This document shows, in pieces, positions 10,582 to 21,080 of a stretch of 64,000 nucleotides of DNA (position 1 is its first letter; each line of letters opens with the position of its first letter). The notes under the pieces were generated by a model. It worked only from the letters and a program-made list of their open reading frames with translations. It ran no database searches and was not told the origin of the DNA. The stretch covers positions 1 through 64,000 of the forward strand of contig JBGAGQ010000023.1 in the NCBI GenBank assembly GCA_044226625.1, in the 5' to 3' direction. A program made the position numbers and the translations under genes. Source of the stretch: Thermoanaerobaculia bacterium. Lineage in GTDB: Bacteria > Acidobacteriota > Thermoanaerobaculia > Multivoradales > UBA5704.

Positions 10582-11112
10582 TTAGAGCCGGCCGAGCGCG
10601 GCGCGGGCGATCTTCTCGGCTCCGGCGAACGAGGTGGCCGGATCGGCGAGCTGGCAGGTGATCAGGAGCTGCTTCTCTCCCTTCCGGACGTGGAGCTGCA
10701 TCAAGCTCCCTCCCGCCCAGAAGGCCCCGTCGCCCAGATTCGGCACGTCCTTCAAGTCGCCGCGGGTCAGCTTTTCGAGCGAGCCGCGGGTGCTCGCCAG
10801 GGTCCGCTCCGCGCGCTCGGGGCTCGCGTGCAGGCGCACCAGAAGGCTCAGGATTCGCGGCTGCTCGGTCGAGCCCGCGTTATAGGCGCAAGAGAGCGGA
10901 TCGCGCCCCTTGGCGTCCTCGAGCGTGCTGCTCATCCCCGAGACGTACCCGCCCGCGATCGTCGTCGCCTCGTCCTGGGGGAAAAGATCGCAGGCGTCGA
11001 TCGAGGGTTGCGGGGCAGCCGCGCCTCGCTCCGCGCCCCCTTTCGAAGGGGCGGGACCGCCGCAAGCGGCGAGCAGGAGCGGGGCGAGCAGCAAGGCGAA
11101 TCTGGGATTCAT
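10582..11112 (-). CDS. Lipoprotein of unknown function (DUF3558-like)
   Basis: Lipobox LLLAAC after the MNPRF start. Paired Cys motifs 'IDACDLF' and 'SCAY'. Confidence 0.65.
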   Translation of the reverse strand: MNPRFALLLAPLLLAACGGPAPSKGGAERGAAAPQPSIDACDLFPQDEATTIAGGYVSGMSSTLEDAKGRDPLSCAYNAGSTEQPRILSLLVRLHASPERAERTLASTRGSLEKLTRGDLKDVPNLGDGAFWAGGSLMQLHVRKGEKQLLITCQLADPATSFAGAEKIARAALGRL

Positions 11113-11303
11113 GACGTGGCCTTTCCGAAAGGATCGAGCGGATTCTAGCCTCGGAGCGCGGGGAGTGTCCTCGTTGGAGGCGGCTTGGGAGTTCTCGTGG
11201 GCCGCCCTCGGCGCCCTTTTCGCTCGCGCGAGGTCATCCAAGAGACGAATGGATCGCGAAAGCGTGGCGCCGGTTCCCCGGGTTCAGGCTAGAATTCCGC
11301 GTC

Positions 11304-12167
11304 ATGAGATGGGAAGGCCGGCGAGAGAGCACGAACGTCGAGGACGTCCGCGGTAGTGGCGGGGGCGGGCGGCGCGGATTGGGCATCGGATGCGGCGGCA
11401 TCGTCCTGGTGATCATCTTCGCCCTGGTCACGGGCAGGAACCCGCTGCAGCTCCTGCAGACGATCGAAGAGGTCCAGGGCGGCTCGGGTCAGACGGCGCC
11501 GGTGGGCGATGGCGGTACGCCGCCTCCGGACGACCAGGAGGGCAAGTTCGTGCGCACCGTGCTCGCGAGCACGGAGGACGTCTGGACGAAGCTCCTCGCG
11601 AACACCCAGACGCCCTACGAACAGCCGCGGTTGGTTCGCTACTCCGGCTCGATCGGTTCGCAGTGCGGCATGGCCTCGTCGGCGGTCGGACCGTTCTATT
11701 GCCCGGCCGACCAGAAGGTCTACCTCGACACGGCCTTCTTCGACGAGCTCGCGCAACGCTTCGGCGCCCCGGGTGAATTCGCCGCGGCGTACGTGGTCGC
11801 GCACGAGATCGGCCATCACGTCCAGAACCTGCTTGGGATCGACCAGCAGGTCCGCGAGGCGCAGCAGCGCGCCTGGAACGAGTCGCAGTCGAACGAGCTG
11901 TCGGTCAAGATGGAGCTGCAGGCCGACTGCCTGGCCGGAGTTTGGGCGTACCACGCCGACCGCGACGAGCAGATGATCGAACCGGGCGATTTCGAATCGG
12001 GCCTGACCGCCGCTCAATCGATCGGCGACGACGAGATTCAGAAGCGGACGCAGGGCTACGTGGTCCCCGAGAGCTTCACCCATGGGACGGCCCGGCAGCG
12101 CACCGAGTGGCTCCGCCGCGGTCTCCAGTCGGGTGACCCGAACGACTGCGACACGTTCAGTCGCTAA
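11304..12167 (+). CDS. ypfJ: Neutral zinc metallopeptidase (YpfJ family)
   Basis: 'MRWEGRRESTNVED', 'GPFYCPAD', HEIGHHVQ, 'ELQADC' and 'PESFTHG'. Confidence 0.92.
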   Translation: MRWEGRRESTNVEDVRGSGGGGRRGLGIGCGGIVLVIIFALVTGRNPLQLLQTIEEVQGGSGQTAPVGDGGTPPPDDQEGKFVRTVLASTEDVWTKLLANTQTPYEQPRLVRYSGSIGSQCGMASSAVGPFYCPADQKVYLDTAFFDELAQRFGAPGEFAAAYVVAHEIGHHVQNLLGIDQQVREAQQRAWNESQSNELSVKMELQADCLAGVWAYHADRDEQMIEPGDFESGLTAAQSIGDDEIQKRTQGYVVPESFTHGTARQRTEWLRRGLQSGDPNDCDTFSR

Positions 12168-12250
12168 GCGGCTCCCCCGCCGAAGGTCTCCGGTCCGGGA
12201 CCGGGAAAAATACCCCACCAACGAGGGGGCTCTACCTCTTCGCCCGGTCT

Positions 12251-12752
12251 GTGTCGAATTCACCGTTCTTGGCTTACTTCGCCCGGCCCGGTGCGAACAC
12301 GCAAGATGGTTGCTGGCTGGTCGACGTGAATCAAAACGGCAACGTCGACGCAGCCCTCTGTTTCACTCTTGCAAACGACCCGGTAACTCTTACCCAGACG
12401 CGGTACTTCAGCTGCGGCGATTCCGAGCACCTCGACCTGCGCGAGCGCGACGGAGCAGATCCCGGTTCCCACCGGAACGAGCTGCGCGGCGAGTGACAAC
12501 GTGACCTCGCCGGACATCCTGTTCAGCTGCCCGTCCGACACCCGCGATTCCGGGGTCGAGTGTTCGGTGCCGCTGGCCGCGATGGGCTGGACCAGCGGTA
12601 CCGTGTCGTTGCTCCGCGGGTGCACGTTCGCCAGCGCGCAGCCGAACTCGAACTCCAGCGATTGCCTCGCCGACGTGGGAACGCCGTTCGTCGTCGATCC
12701 GGAAGGGGGCGGCAACACCCCGGTCGAGCTGATGGGCTTCTCGATCGAGTAA
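12251..12752 (+). pseudogene. Frameshifted, 5'-truncated Cys-rich secreted-type protein ending in PVELMGFSIE
   Basis: The first frame (...TRYFSCGDS) continues in another frame (STSTCASATEQIP...TPVELMGFSIE*) after about 12425. No clear start or signal peptide. Confidence 0.55.
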
Positions 12753-12765
12753 GCCGGGGAACGAA

Positions 12766-12797
12766 AGAGGGGGCCCTCCGCCTGGGGGCACCCTCTT
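12766..12797. terminator. GC hairpin between convergent genes
   Basis: AGAGGGGGCCCTC-CGCCT-GGGGGCACCCTCT imperfect stem. Confidence 0.45.
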
Positions 12798-12966
12798 CCC
12801 TCGGAAGAACTTCTTACTGCATTTCTCCGGCTGCGCCTTTCGCTGCGCATCGGCGATGAGCCGCACCTCGAGCCCGAGCCGCCGGCCGACGGCGTCGAAC
12901 GGACGACAGTTTCGAAACGTTCCTAGATCGGCGCCTGGATGGCTCTTAACCGCGCGGTCCGCGGAT

Positions 12967-14934
12967 TCAGAACGCGGTTCGATCCGCGCGGCTGTCGATC
13001 CGTCCAGAAGGATTGGCGTAGAGCTTCGTCTGGCCGGTTTCGAGGTCGGTGACCTTGACCTTATATCCCTTCGGCGCGAGGCCGCCCAGATAAACCCAGA
13101 ACTTGCCGTTCGCCGCGCGGCCGTCCGTCATCGTCAGCACGACGAGGGGGATCTCCGGAGCGCTCGGAAAGGCGAACATGCCGCTTCGATCCGTACGGAG
13201 GATGGCGAGCGCCGGACGCGGGTTTGCTCCGGCGAGCAGCTCGGCGCGGAACCGGCCGCCGAGCAGGCAGAGCGCGCGGCTCGTGGGGACGCAAGGCTCG
13301 CCGAGCGCCGGGGCGGCCGCGGGCGCCGCCGCGCTATCGGCAGCGGATCCAAGAGGTTCTCCAAAAGTGGCCGAAATGCTCGGCAACGCGCCGAGGAAGC
13401 GCTGGCTCGCGAACCGCCCGGCCGGCTTGGCGAACGTGCGCACCATCCCGGTCGTCTTGTCCGTCACGCGAATGTCGAGCGCGGCGCCCGTCGTGGCGGA
13501 GAACGTCAGATCGCGCGCGCCGGGGCCGGAGAGAAGCACGGCGACTTCGTGATCGGCGACGTTGCGCAGACCGAACGTCGCGACGTTTCCCGCGAGCGGC
13601 AGAGGCTTTGCGGTGCCGCTCTGCGAGCCGTTTCGCCAGGCGATCTCGACGGCGTACCGTCCGTCGGGACCGAGGCAGGCGGCGTTGCCGCCCGGGAGGC
13701 AGGGGATGGTGAAGATCGCGCCGAACAGATCCGCGCTGCCCGGCACCGACGGATCGAAGCCGGACCAAGCCACTTGGAAGCTGGTCGCGCCGCGATCCGG
13801 GAGCGTGGCGCTCACGAACGACAGGCTCCCCTCCGAGAGCGGGAACGGCGCGGTCGCGGAAAGGCCCGTGCCATCGAACAGGCGGCCGACGATCTTGCCG
13901 TCGGGGCTCCGACCGAGAAGCAGGGCCCGGTCCGCGCTGTCGGTCCCGATCGCGGGGCGGCTCTGATTCGATCGTGGTACCCCGAGGGACTGCTCCGCCA
14001 CCACGGGCAAGCCGTCCGGTCCCAGACGGACGATCCGAGTCTCCCCCGGCTGGTCGGTCGCCCCAAGGCTGGTCCATGCGGCCCACCAGCCGCCGGAGGC
14101 TCGAGAGACGACCCGTACGTCGACCTTCTGTTGACCAGCCTGCTGCGGGCTGATTGGAAAGGCCTCGGACGTCGGGTGGCCAGCGGTGTTGAATCGGCGC
14201 CCGTAGATCCCGCCGTAGGTGGTGAAATCGGAGGACTGCGACCAAACCGCGAGCGCGGTCGAGTCGGCGGCGAAAGCGATGTCGGGCGTGGCCTGGAACC
14301 CCGTCTCGATGGCTGCCAGAGGAAAGGCGTCGGTAAACGGGGTGAGGGTCGAATCGTAGAAGCGGCCCATCACGAAGAAGAAGCCCGGAAAGCTGACATT
14401 CGACGAATACCAGACGACCGCCACGTTGCCGTTCGGCGCCACCGCCAAGCGCGGATCGGAGCTGTAGGCGAACTCGTCGTAGTCGAAGGCGACCTGAACC
14501 GGCGCGCCGACCGGACGCCCCAAGGCATCGAGGCGATGCAGCCGGATCGCGGTTTGGAGCGATGCCGGACTGTCGATCGGCTCGCGAGCCGATACGGCGA
14601 GGAATCCCCCGTCGGGAAGAGCGACCAGGTTGGCCTCGGACCCTAACGGATGCTCGACCTCCCCTCCCAGCCGCCGCCCCGCGGCGTCGAACCGGAGAGC
14701 TCGGTGGAAGCCCGTGGTTGTGCCGGCGCAGCCGCCACCCGACCAGAGGAGCAGAAAGGAGCCCCCGGGCTGAGCGGCGATCTCCGGAGTCGTCTCATAG
14801 CAAGGTGCCGGATCTCCCGCCGTGAACGAGCCGACCCGGTCGAGCTGGGCGTCGAGCGCGGGCGACGCGCAGAGCGATGTGGTGATCAGGAAAGCGAAGA
14901 TGGCCAAAAGCGATCCGTGGCGAGATGTGCGCAT
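12967..14934 (-). CDS. Secreted repeat protein, paralog 1 (duplicated C-terminal domain, ends DRTAF)
   Basis: Signal peptide. 'PxIAxxPxG...RFDAAG' repeats. Two 'C-x(7-8)-CL..RF' domains and 'DGRAANGKFWVYLGGL'. Confidence 0.85.
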   Translation of the reverse strand: MRTSRHGSLLAIFAFLITTSLCASPALDAQLDRVGSFTAGDPAPCYETTPEIAAQPGGSFLLLWSGGGCAGTTTGFHRALRFDAAGRRLGGEVEHPLGSEANLVALPDGGFLAVSAREPIDSPASLQTAIRLHRLDALGRPVGAPVQVAFDYDEFAYSSDPRLAVAPNGNVAVVWYSSNVSFPGFFFVMGRFYDSTLTPFTDAFPLAAIETGFQATPDIAFAADSTALAVWSQSSDFTTYGGIYGRRFNTAGHPTSEAFPISPQQAGQQKVDVRVVSRASGGWWAAWTSLGATDQPGETRIVRLGPDGLPVVAEQSLGVPRSNQSRPAIGTDSADRALLLGRSPDGKIVGRLFDGTGLSATAPFPLSEGSLSFVSATLPDRGATSFQVAWSGFDPSVPGSADLFGAIFTIPCLPGGNAACLGPDGRYAVEIAWRNGSQSGTAKPLPLAGNVATFGLRNVADHEVAVLLSGPGARDLTFSATTGAALDIRVTDKTTGMVRTFAKPAGRFASQRFLGALPSISATFGEPLGSAADSAAAPAAAPALGEPCVPTSRALCLLGGRFRAELLAGANPRPALAILRTDRSGMFAFPSAPEIPLVVLTMTDGRAANGKFWVYLGGLAPKGYKVKVTDLETGQTKLYANPSGRIDSRADRTAF

Positions 14935-14968
14935 ACCGAATCCTTTTCCATGGGGCTCGAGACAGCGG

Positions 14969-16924
14969 TCAGAAAGCGGTCCGATCCGCCCGGCTCTCCA
15001 GCCGGCCGACGGGGTTCGAATAGACCTTCTCCGCCCCGGTCGACAGGTCGGTGATCTTCACCTTGTAGGCCGCGCGCGAGAGGCCGCCCAGATAGACCCA
15101 GAACTTGCCGTTCGCCGCGCGGCCGTCCTTCATCGTCAGGACGACGAGAGGCGTTTCCGCCGCGCTCGGGAAAGCGAACGTACCGCTTCGATCGGTGCGG
15201 AGGATGGCGAGCGCCGGACGCGGGTTCGCTCCGGCGAGCAACTCGGCGCGGAACCGCCCGCCGAGCAGGCAGAGCGCGCGGCTCGTGGGGACGCAAAGTT
15301 CGCCGATCACCGGGGCGATCGCGGGCGTCGCGGCGGTTTCGGCGGCGGACGGGAGAGCTTCTCCGAAAGCCGACGAGGCGCTTGGTAATGCGTCGAGGAA
15401 GCGCTGACTGGCAAACCGCCCAGCCGGTTTGGTGAACGTGCTCACCATCCCGGTCGTCTTGTCCGTCACACGGATTTCGAGCTCCGCGCCGGTGGTGGCC
15501 GCGAAGGTCAGATCGCGCGCGCCGGAGCCTCCGAGGATCACGGTGACCTCGTGGTCGGCGACGTTGCGCAGGCCGAACGTCGCGGCGTTGCCGGCGAGCG
15601 GCAAAGGTTTCGCGGTGCCGCTCTGTGAGCCGTTTCGCCAGGCGACCTCGACGGCGAATCGTCCGTCGGGACCGAGGCAGGCGGCGTTCTTCCCTTCGAG
15701 ACAGGTAGGGGCGACGAGGGAACCGGCCAGGTGAAAGCCGGATTGGGGAAGGGAGCCGGCCCACGCGGCAAGGAATCCGGCGGTGCGGCCACTGGTGAGC
15801 GTCGGGTCGCGTACGGTCGCGGTCCCCGAGATTTCGATCAGGTTCGAGCTCTCGTTCCCTTCGTGGTCGAACATCCGTCCCACGGCCAACTCGTTGCGGC
15901 TTCCCAGGACGAGGAGCCGGCCCGCTTGATCGACGGCGGCGGAAAACGGAAAGGCCGCATGGAGGTCGGGCACCGGCCTCTCGGTACCGACGGGTCTGCC
16001 GTCTCCGTCCAGTCGAACGAAGCGAATCTCCTCCGTCGCGAGAAGAGGCGCGCGAAACGTCGGAGTAAGAATCCTGTGCGACCAGACCGCCCACCAGCCG
16101 CCCCCGGGACGAGCGATCAAGCGGGGCGAGAAGTCGCCGTGGCTCGGCTCCAGGGTGCTGATCGGAAAAGGCTCGGAAAGCGGTTGCCCGGTGACGGCGA
16201 ACCTGCGGCCGAAAATCTGGGTTTGCGACGGCGAGAGATATCGTCGCCAGGCAACCAACGCCGTGCCGTCCGGGGCGAAGGCAACCTCGGGATCGAATTC
16301 GCCGACTTGGCTCTCGGGGCTCGACAGATGAACTCCCTCGGCGATGGGGCGCAGGTTGGCGTCATAGAAGCTGGCTTTGAGTTTGCCCTGAAAGTCCGTG
16401 GAAGGAGTCGGGTCGAGCCAGACGACCGCGACAGCTCCGGCGGAGGAGACGGCGACGCGCGGCTGGAGATTGAGGGTGAAGGAGCTCGTGTCGTAAGCGA
16501 CGGCGATCGTCGCGCCGACTTGCCGACCGAGCCCGTCGAGACGATGCAGGCCGACTCCCTGGGGCGTGAGGGAAAAATCGAACCAACCGAGGGCGACGAA
16601 TCCGCCGTCCGGAAGCGCCGCGGTCTTTAGTTGGACCAAGTGCCCGAGCGAATTGGCCGGAGCGAGGGGCCGGCCCGCGGCGTCGAACCTCTGGGCGAGC
16701 CCTACATTGCAACCGAAGCAGGTCGCGCCTTTCGAAGTTAGGAGGTACGAGCCTCCTGGCTGGACCGCGAGATCCGGATCGAGGTCGTAGACGTGCGCGG
16801 ACCTCCCCGCGGTGAAGGAAAAGAGTCGTTCGATCTCCGCCGCGCCGAGGGGCGCGGCAAAGAACGAGGCGGCGATCAGGAAGCTGAGGGAGGCCGAAAG
16901 CCATTTGAGGCGAGATGTGCGCAT
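14969..16924 (-). CDS. Secreted repeat protein, paralog 2
   Basis: Same architecture as paralog 1. C-terminal region nearly identical to paralog 3. Confidence 0.85.
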   Translation of the reverse strand: MRTSRLKWLSASLSFLIAASFFAAPLGAAEIERLFSFTAGRSAHVYDLDPDLAVQPGGSYLLTSKGATCFGCNVGLAQRFDAAGRPLAPANSLGHLVQLKTAALPDGGFVALGWFDFSLTPQGVGLHRLDGLGRQVGATIAVAYDTSSFTLNLQPRVAVSSAGAVAVVWLDPTPSTDFQGKLKASFYDANLRPIAEGVHLSSPESQVGEFDPEVAFAPDGTALVAWRRYLSPSQTQIFGRRFAVTGQPLSEPFPISTLEPSHGDFSPRLIARPGGGWWAVWSHRILTPTFRAPLLATEEIRFVRLDGDGRPVGTERPVPDLHAAFPFSAAVDQAGRLLVLGSRNELAVGRMFDHEGNESSNLIEISGTATVRDPTLTSGRTAGFLAAWAGSLPQSGFHLAGSLVAPTCLEGKNAACLGPDGRFAVEVAWRNGSQSGTAKPLPLAGNAATFGLRNVADHEVTVILGGSGARDLTFAATTGAELEIRVTDKTTGMVSTFTKPAGRFASQRFLDALPSASSAFGEALPSAAETAATPAIAPVIGELCVPTSRALCLLGGRFRAELLAGANPRPALAILRTDRSGTFAFPSAAETPLVVLTMKDGRAANGKFWVYLGGLSRAAYKVKITDLSTGAEKVYSNPVGRLESRADRTAF

Positions 16925-16955
16925 GGTGATCCTTTACCGTGGGTTCGAGAAACGG

Positions 16956-18926
16956 TCAGAAAGCGGCTCGATCGGCGCGGCTCTCCAGCCGGCCGACGGG
17001 GTTCGAGTAGACCTTCTCCGCCCCGGTCGACAGGTCGGTGATCTTCACCTTGTAGGCCGCGCGCGAGAGGCCGCCCAGATAGACCCAGAACTTGCCGTTC
17101 GCCGCGCGGCCGTCCGTCATCGTCAAGACGACGAGAGGCGTTTCCGCCGCACTCGGGAAGGCAAACGTGCCGCTTCGATCGGTGCGGAGGATCGCGAGCG
17201 CCGGACGCGGGTTCGCTCCGGCGAGCAGCTCGGCGCGGAACCGCCCGCCGAGCAGGCAGAGCGCGCGGCTCGTGGGGACGCAAGGCTCGCCCAGCGCCGG
17301 GGCGATGGCGGGCGTCGCCGCACCTTCGGCGGCGGATGGGGAAGCCTCTCCGAAAGCGGACGAGGCGCTCGGTATGGCGTCGAGGAAGCGTTGACTGGCG
17401 AACCGCCCAGCCGGTTTGGTGAACGTGCCCACCCTCCCGGTCGTCTTGTCCGTCACACGGATTTCGAGCTCCGCGCCGGTGGTGGCCGCGAAGGTCAGAT
17501 CGCGCGCGCCGGGGCCGGAGAGGATCACGGTGACCTCGTGATCGGCGACGTTACGAAGACCAAACGTCGCGGCGTTGCCGGCGAGCGGCAACGGTTTCGC
17601 GGTGCCGCTCTGTGAGCCATTTCGCCAGGCGGCCTCGACCGCGTACCGTCCGTCGGCACCGAGGCAGACGGCGCTCTTGCCTTCGAGACAGGTGGGGGCG
17701 ACATACGTTCCGGTAAGAGGCGTCGGCGACTGCTGCGGCGATAGGGCCCAAGAGGCCAGGAAACCGGTGGGGAGACTTTGGCCGAGGACCGGATCGAATG
17801 CGGCCGAGCCATCAGAGAGGGGAATCCGTTCGGAGACCGCGTTGCCGTCGCGATCGAAGAGTCGACCGACGATCGCATTGCCGTTGATTCCAGCCACGAG
17901 AAGTCGACCTCTCCCGTCGACCGCGGCGGAAAAAGGCGCGAACGGGTCGAGGTCGGCCACCGCCTGCTCGCTGCCGACCGGCTTCCCGTCGGCGTCGAGC
18001 CGAACCAGACGAACTTCACCTATCGCGGCGAGAGGCGTGCGGATCGGCGGAGGGGAAAAGCCCCGGACCGACCAGATCGCCCACCAACCGCCCTCGGGTC
18101 GAGCCACGAGGCGGGGCTGGTCCTGCTCTCGATTCGGTTCGGCTACGCTGATCGGAAAGGGCTCCGACAGGGGATGGCCGGTCGAATCGAAGCGTCGTCC
18201 GAACATCTGCGACGCGAACGGCCCGACGAAACGCATCCAAGTGACGAGCGCCGTGCCGTCCGTGGCGAAGGCGACCTCGGGACGGTATTCGCCGCCGACT
18301 GGGATCTCGGGCACCGACAACTCAACGCTTTCCGCGATCGGTCGCAGGTTGGCGTCGTAGAAGCTGCCCTTGAGGCCTTCGGCAGTCGTGAACTGGGTCG
18401 TGTCGTCCCAGACGACAGCGACCGTGCCGGTGGGAGAGACGGCGATCCGGGGATCGAGGTTGAGGGTAACGAAGCTCGTGTCGATCGCGACGACGATGGG
18501 ATCGCCGATGGGGCGGCCGAACGCGTTGAGCCGGTGGAGGCCGATTCCTGAAAGAACGTCGGGAGAGCGCAGCGAAAGGTCGAACGCCGTGACAGCGACG
18601 AATCCTCCGTCCGGCAAAGCCGCCAACCCGAGGTGACCGCCTTGCCAGAGCGAGTTGGATGGGGCGATCGGTCGGCCCGCGGCATCGAATCGCTGCGTAC
18701 GGACCGAATCGCACCCGACGCAACTGGTGGCCTGCGACGCCAGAAGAAAAGAGCCTCCCGGCTGGATGGCGATAGCCGGACCGTAGTCTCGGAGGCTTGC
18801 GGGATTGCCGGCCCCGAAGGAGAAGATGCGGTCGACTCCCGCCGCGTCGGCGGGTGATGCGAAAAGCGAGGCGGCGCTCAGGAAAACGAGGGCGTTCGAA
18901 AGCGATCTGTTGCGGAACGTGCGCAT
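16956..18926 (-). CDS. Secreted repeat protein, paralog 3
   Basis: Same architecture. Ends ADRAAF. Confidence 0.85.
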   Translation of the reverse strand: MRTFRNRSLSNALVFLSAASLFASPADAAGVDRIFSFGAGNPASLRDYGPAIAIQPGGSFLLASQATSCVGCDSVRTQRFDAAGRPIAPSNSLWQGGHLGLAALPDGGFVAVTAFDLSLRSPDVLSGIGLHRLNAFGRPIGDPIVVAIDTSFVTLNLDPRIAVSPTGTVAVVWDDTTQFTTAEGLKGSFYDANLRPIAESVELSVPEIPVGGEYRPEVAFATDGTALVTWMRFVGPFASQMFGRRFDSTGHPLSEPFPISVAEPNREQDQPRLVARPEGGWWAIWSVRGFSPPPIRTPLAAIGEVRLVRLDADGKPVGSEQAVADLDPFAPFSAAVDGRGRLLVAGINGNAIVGRLFDRDGNAVSERIPLSDGSAAFDPVLGQSLPTGFLASWALSPQQSPTPLTGTYVAPTCLEGKSAVCLGADGRYAVEAAWRNGSQSGTAKPLPLAGNAATFGLRNVADHEVTVILSGPGARDLTFAATTGAELEIRVTDKTTGRVGTFTKPAGRFASQRFLDAIPSASSAFGEASPSAAEGAATPAIAPALGEPCVPTSRALCLLGGRFRAELLAGANPRPALAILRTDRSGTFAFPSAAETPLVVLTMTDGRAANGKFWVYLGGLSRAAYKVKITDLSTGAEKVYSNPVGRLESRADRAAF

Positions 18927-18959
18927 GAGGGGTTCATTCCATGTTCCTAAGAACGGCGA

Positions 18960-21035
18960 TTAGAAAGCGGTCCGATCTAACCGGCTCTCGAGCCGGCCGA
19001 CGGGGTTCGAATAGAGCCTCACCGCCCCGTTCGTTAAGTCGGTGATCTTCACTTTGTAGGCACCCGAGGCGAGACCGCCCAGCTGGACCCAGAACTTGCC
19101 GTTCGTCGCCCGGCCGTCGACCATCGATAGGAGGACGACGGGAGACTCGGGAGCCCTGCCGAGAGCCAACCCGCCGCTCCTGTCGGTGCGCGAGAGGGCC
19201 GAGGTCGGCCGGGGATCCTGCTCCGCCAGTAGCTCGGCCCGGAATCGGCCGCCGAGCAGGCAGAGCGCGCCGCTGGTCGGGACGCACGCTTCACCCACCG
19301 TCGCGACAGGGGGGACCGGGTCGATCGCGGAGAAAACCTCGGCGGTCGCCTCCCGCTCGCCCGCGACCGGAGGAGGGAACCCACCGTCGAGCGCGGCGGT
19401 CGGCAGGGCGTTCACGATCCGCCGGCTCTCGAAGCGTCCCGCGGCTTTGGCGAAGGTGCGCAGCATTCCGCTCGTCCGGTCGGTGACCCGAATCTCGAGC
19501 GCGAGGTTGGTGGTCGCGGCGAAGGTAAGGTTCTTCCCCCCGGGGCCGGCGAGAAGCACCGTGACGTCGTGGTCGGCCGTGTTCCTGATTCCGAACGTCG
19601 CGACGTTGCCCGAAAGCGGCAGCGCCTTCGCCGTGCCGCTGCCAGCGGCCGATCGCCAGACGACCTCCACCCGGTAGCGCCCGCCCAGGCCTAGACACGC
19701 TGCGCTGGGCCCCCCGATGCATGGGGGCGACAGAAGCGACCCGGAGAGGTCCGTGCCTGCGACCCCTGCGGAGGTTAGGGACCAGGTCGCCGGGATCGCG
19801 CCGGACGATCGATCGGGCAACGCGGGGAGAGCGGCCGTCTGCGGAGCGGGCCCGGAGAGCCGGACGCGGTCCGAAGCCGGCAGGCCGGCGGAATCGAACC
19901 ACCGGCCAGCGACCGCTCCGGATTTTTCGCCGACCAGCACCAGCAGATTGCCCGCGGCCTCCCCGCCGAGCGCGAAAGATTCGATCGCGTCGGAATCGAC
20001 GAAGGGCTGTTCGCTTCCCATCGAGGCACCGTTCGTTGCCAGGCGTTCGATCCGGACCTCGGAGATCGGCGGTGGGCCGGCGGGAAGCCCCTGCTGGCTT
20101 TTCCACCCCACCCACCAGCCGTCGGCGCCGCGCCGTACGACCCGCGGCTCGACGTTGATCCGAAACCGCTCGGACCGGCTGATCGGAAACGCCGGCGACA
20201 GCGCGACGCCGCTGGAGCTGAATCGACGGCCGACGACCTGGTACTCGTTCGTGTCGACGAAGTGTGCCCAGACCGCGAGCGCCGTGCCGTCGCTCTGGAT
20301 CGCGACGTCCGGATCGGTTTCGCCGAACGGAGGCGCGGCGAGCGGCGATAGGGCGAGGGCGTCGGTCAAGGGGCGGAACGCCACATCGAAGAACCGGCCG
20401 CGCGGGATCCCCGCGGAATCCCGCCAGACCACGATCACCGAACCGTTGGGCGCGACGGCGAGGCGGGGTTGGGTATTGGGGTTGAGGTCGTTGGGGTCGA
20501 TCGCGACGACGGTCGCTCCTCCCTTCGGCCGCCCGAACGCGTCGAGCCGGTGGAGACCGATCCCCGCGGGACCTTGGGGGCGCAGGGACGACTCGAATTC
20601 GGAGACCGCCGCGAACCCACCATCGGGCAAGGGAACGGTCCGCGGCTGAGCTCCGTCCCAGAGCTCGATGGCGGGGGCTGCCGGCCGTCCCACGGCGTCG
20701 AAACGCTGGGCGCGGATCCTGCGCGTCGCCCCGTTCGGACAGCCGCTCCGCTGCCAGATCAGGAGGAACGAGCCGCCCGGCTGGACCGCGACGTCGGGAG
20801 CCCGGTCGGCGCAGGGCGCCGGATCGCCGGCCGAGAGCGGGGCGATCCGGTCGATGTCGACGCCGAAGGCGGGCCAAGCGGCGAGCGTCATCGAGAGGGT
20901 GAGAGCGCGGCGCAGCGCGCCCGCCGTTGCGCTATGGAGGGGAAGCGCCCTCGGAGGCGTCACACGCCGGCTCGCCGGCGGCTCGATGCCGCCGCGTTGG
21001 AGTCTCTCTTCGATCGACATCTCTTCGGACGGCAT
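18960..21035 (-). CDS. Secreted repeat protein, paralog 4 (start uncertain)
   Basis: Same architecture. Ends LDRTAF. Confidence 0.8.
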   Translation of the reverse strand: MPSEEMSIEERLQRGGIEPPASRRVTPPRALPLHSATAGALRRALTLSMTLAAWPAFGVDIDRIAPLSAGDPAPCADRAPDVAVQPGGSFLLIWQRSGCPNGATRRIRAQRFDAVGRPAAPAIELWDGAQPRTVPLPDGGFAAVSEFESSLRPQGPAGIGLHRLDAFGRPKGGATVVAIDPNDLNPNTQPRLAVAPNGSVIVVWRDSAGIPRGRFFDVAFRPLTDALALSPLAAPPFGETDPDVAIQSDGTALAVWAHFVDTNEYQVVGRRFSSSGVALSPAFPISRSERFRINVEPRVVRRGADGWWVGWKSQQGLPAGPPPISEVRIERLATNGASMGSEQPFVDSDAIESFALGGEAAGNLLVLVGEKSGAVAGRWFDSAGLPASDRVRLSGPAPQTAALPALPDRSSGAIPATWSLTSAGVAGTDLSGSLLSPPCIGGPSAACLGLGGRYRVEVVWRSAAGSGTAKALPLSGNVATFGIRNTADHDVTVLLAGPGGKNLTFAATTNLALEIRVTDRTSGMLRTFAKAAGRFESRRIVNALPTAALDGGFPPPVAGEREATAEVFSAIDPVPPVATVGEACVPTSGALCLLGGRFRAELLAEQDPRPTSALSRTDRSGGLALGRAPESPVVLLSMVDGRATNGKFWVQLGGLASGAYKVKITDLTNGAVRLYSNPVGRLESRLDRTAF

Positions 21036-21080
21036 GACACCCTTTCTTCGGACTCTTTTGAGCTCCAATCCCTCAGTGGG

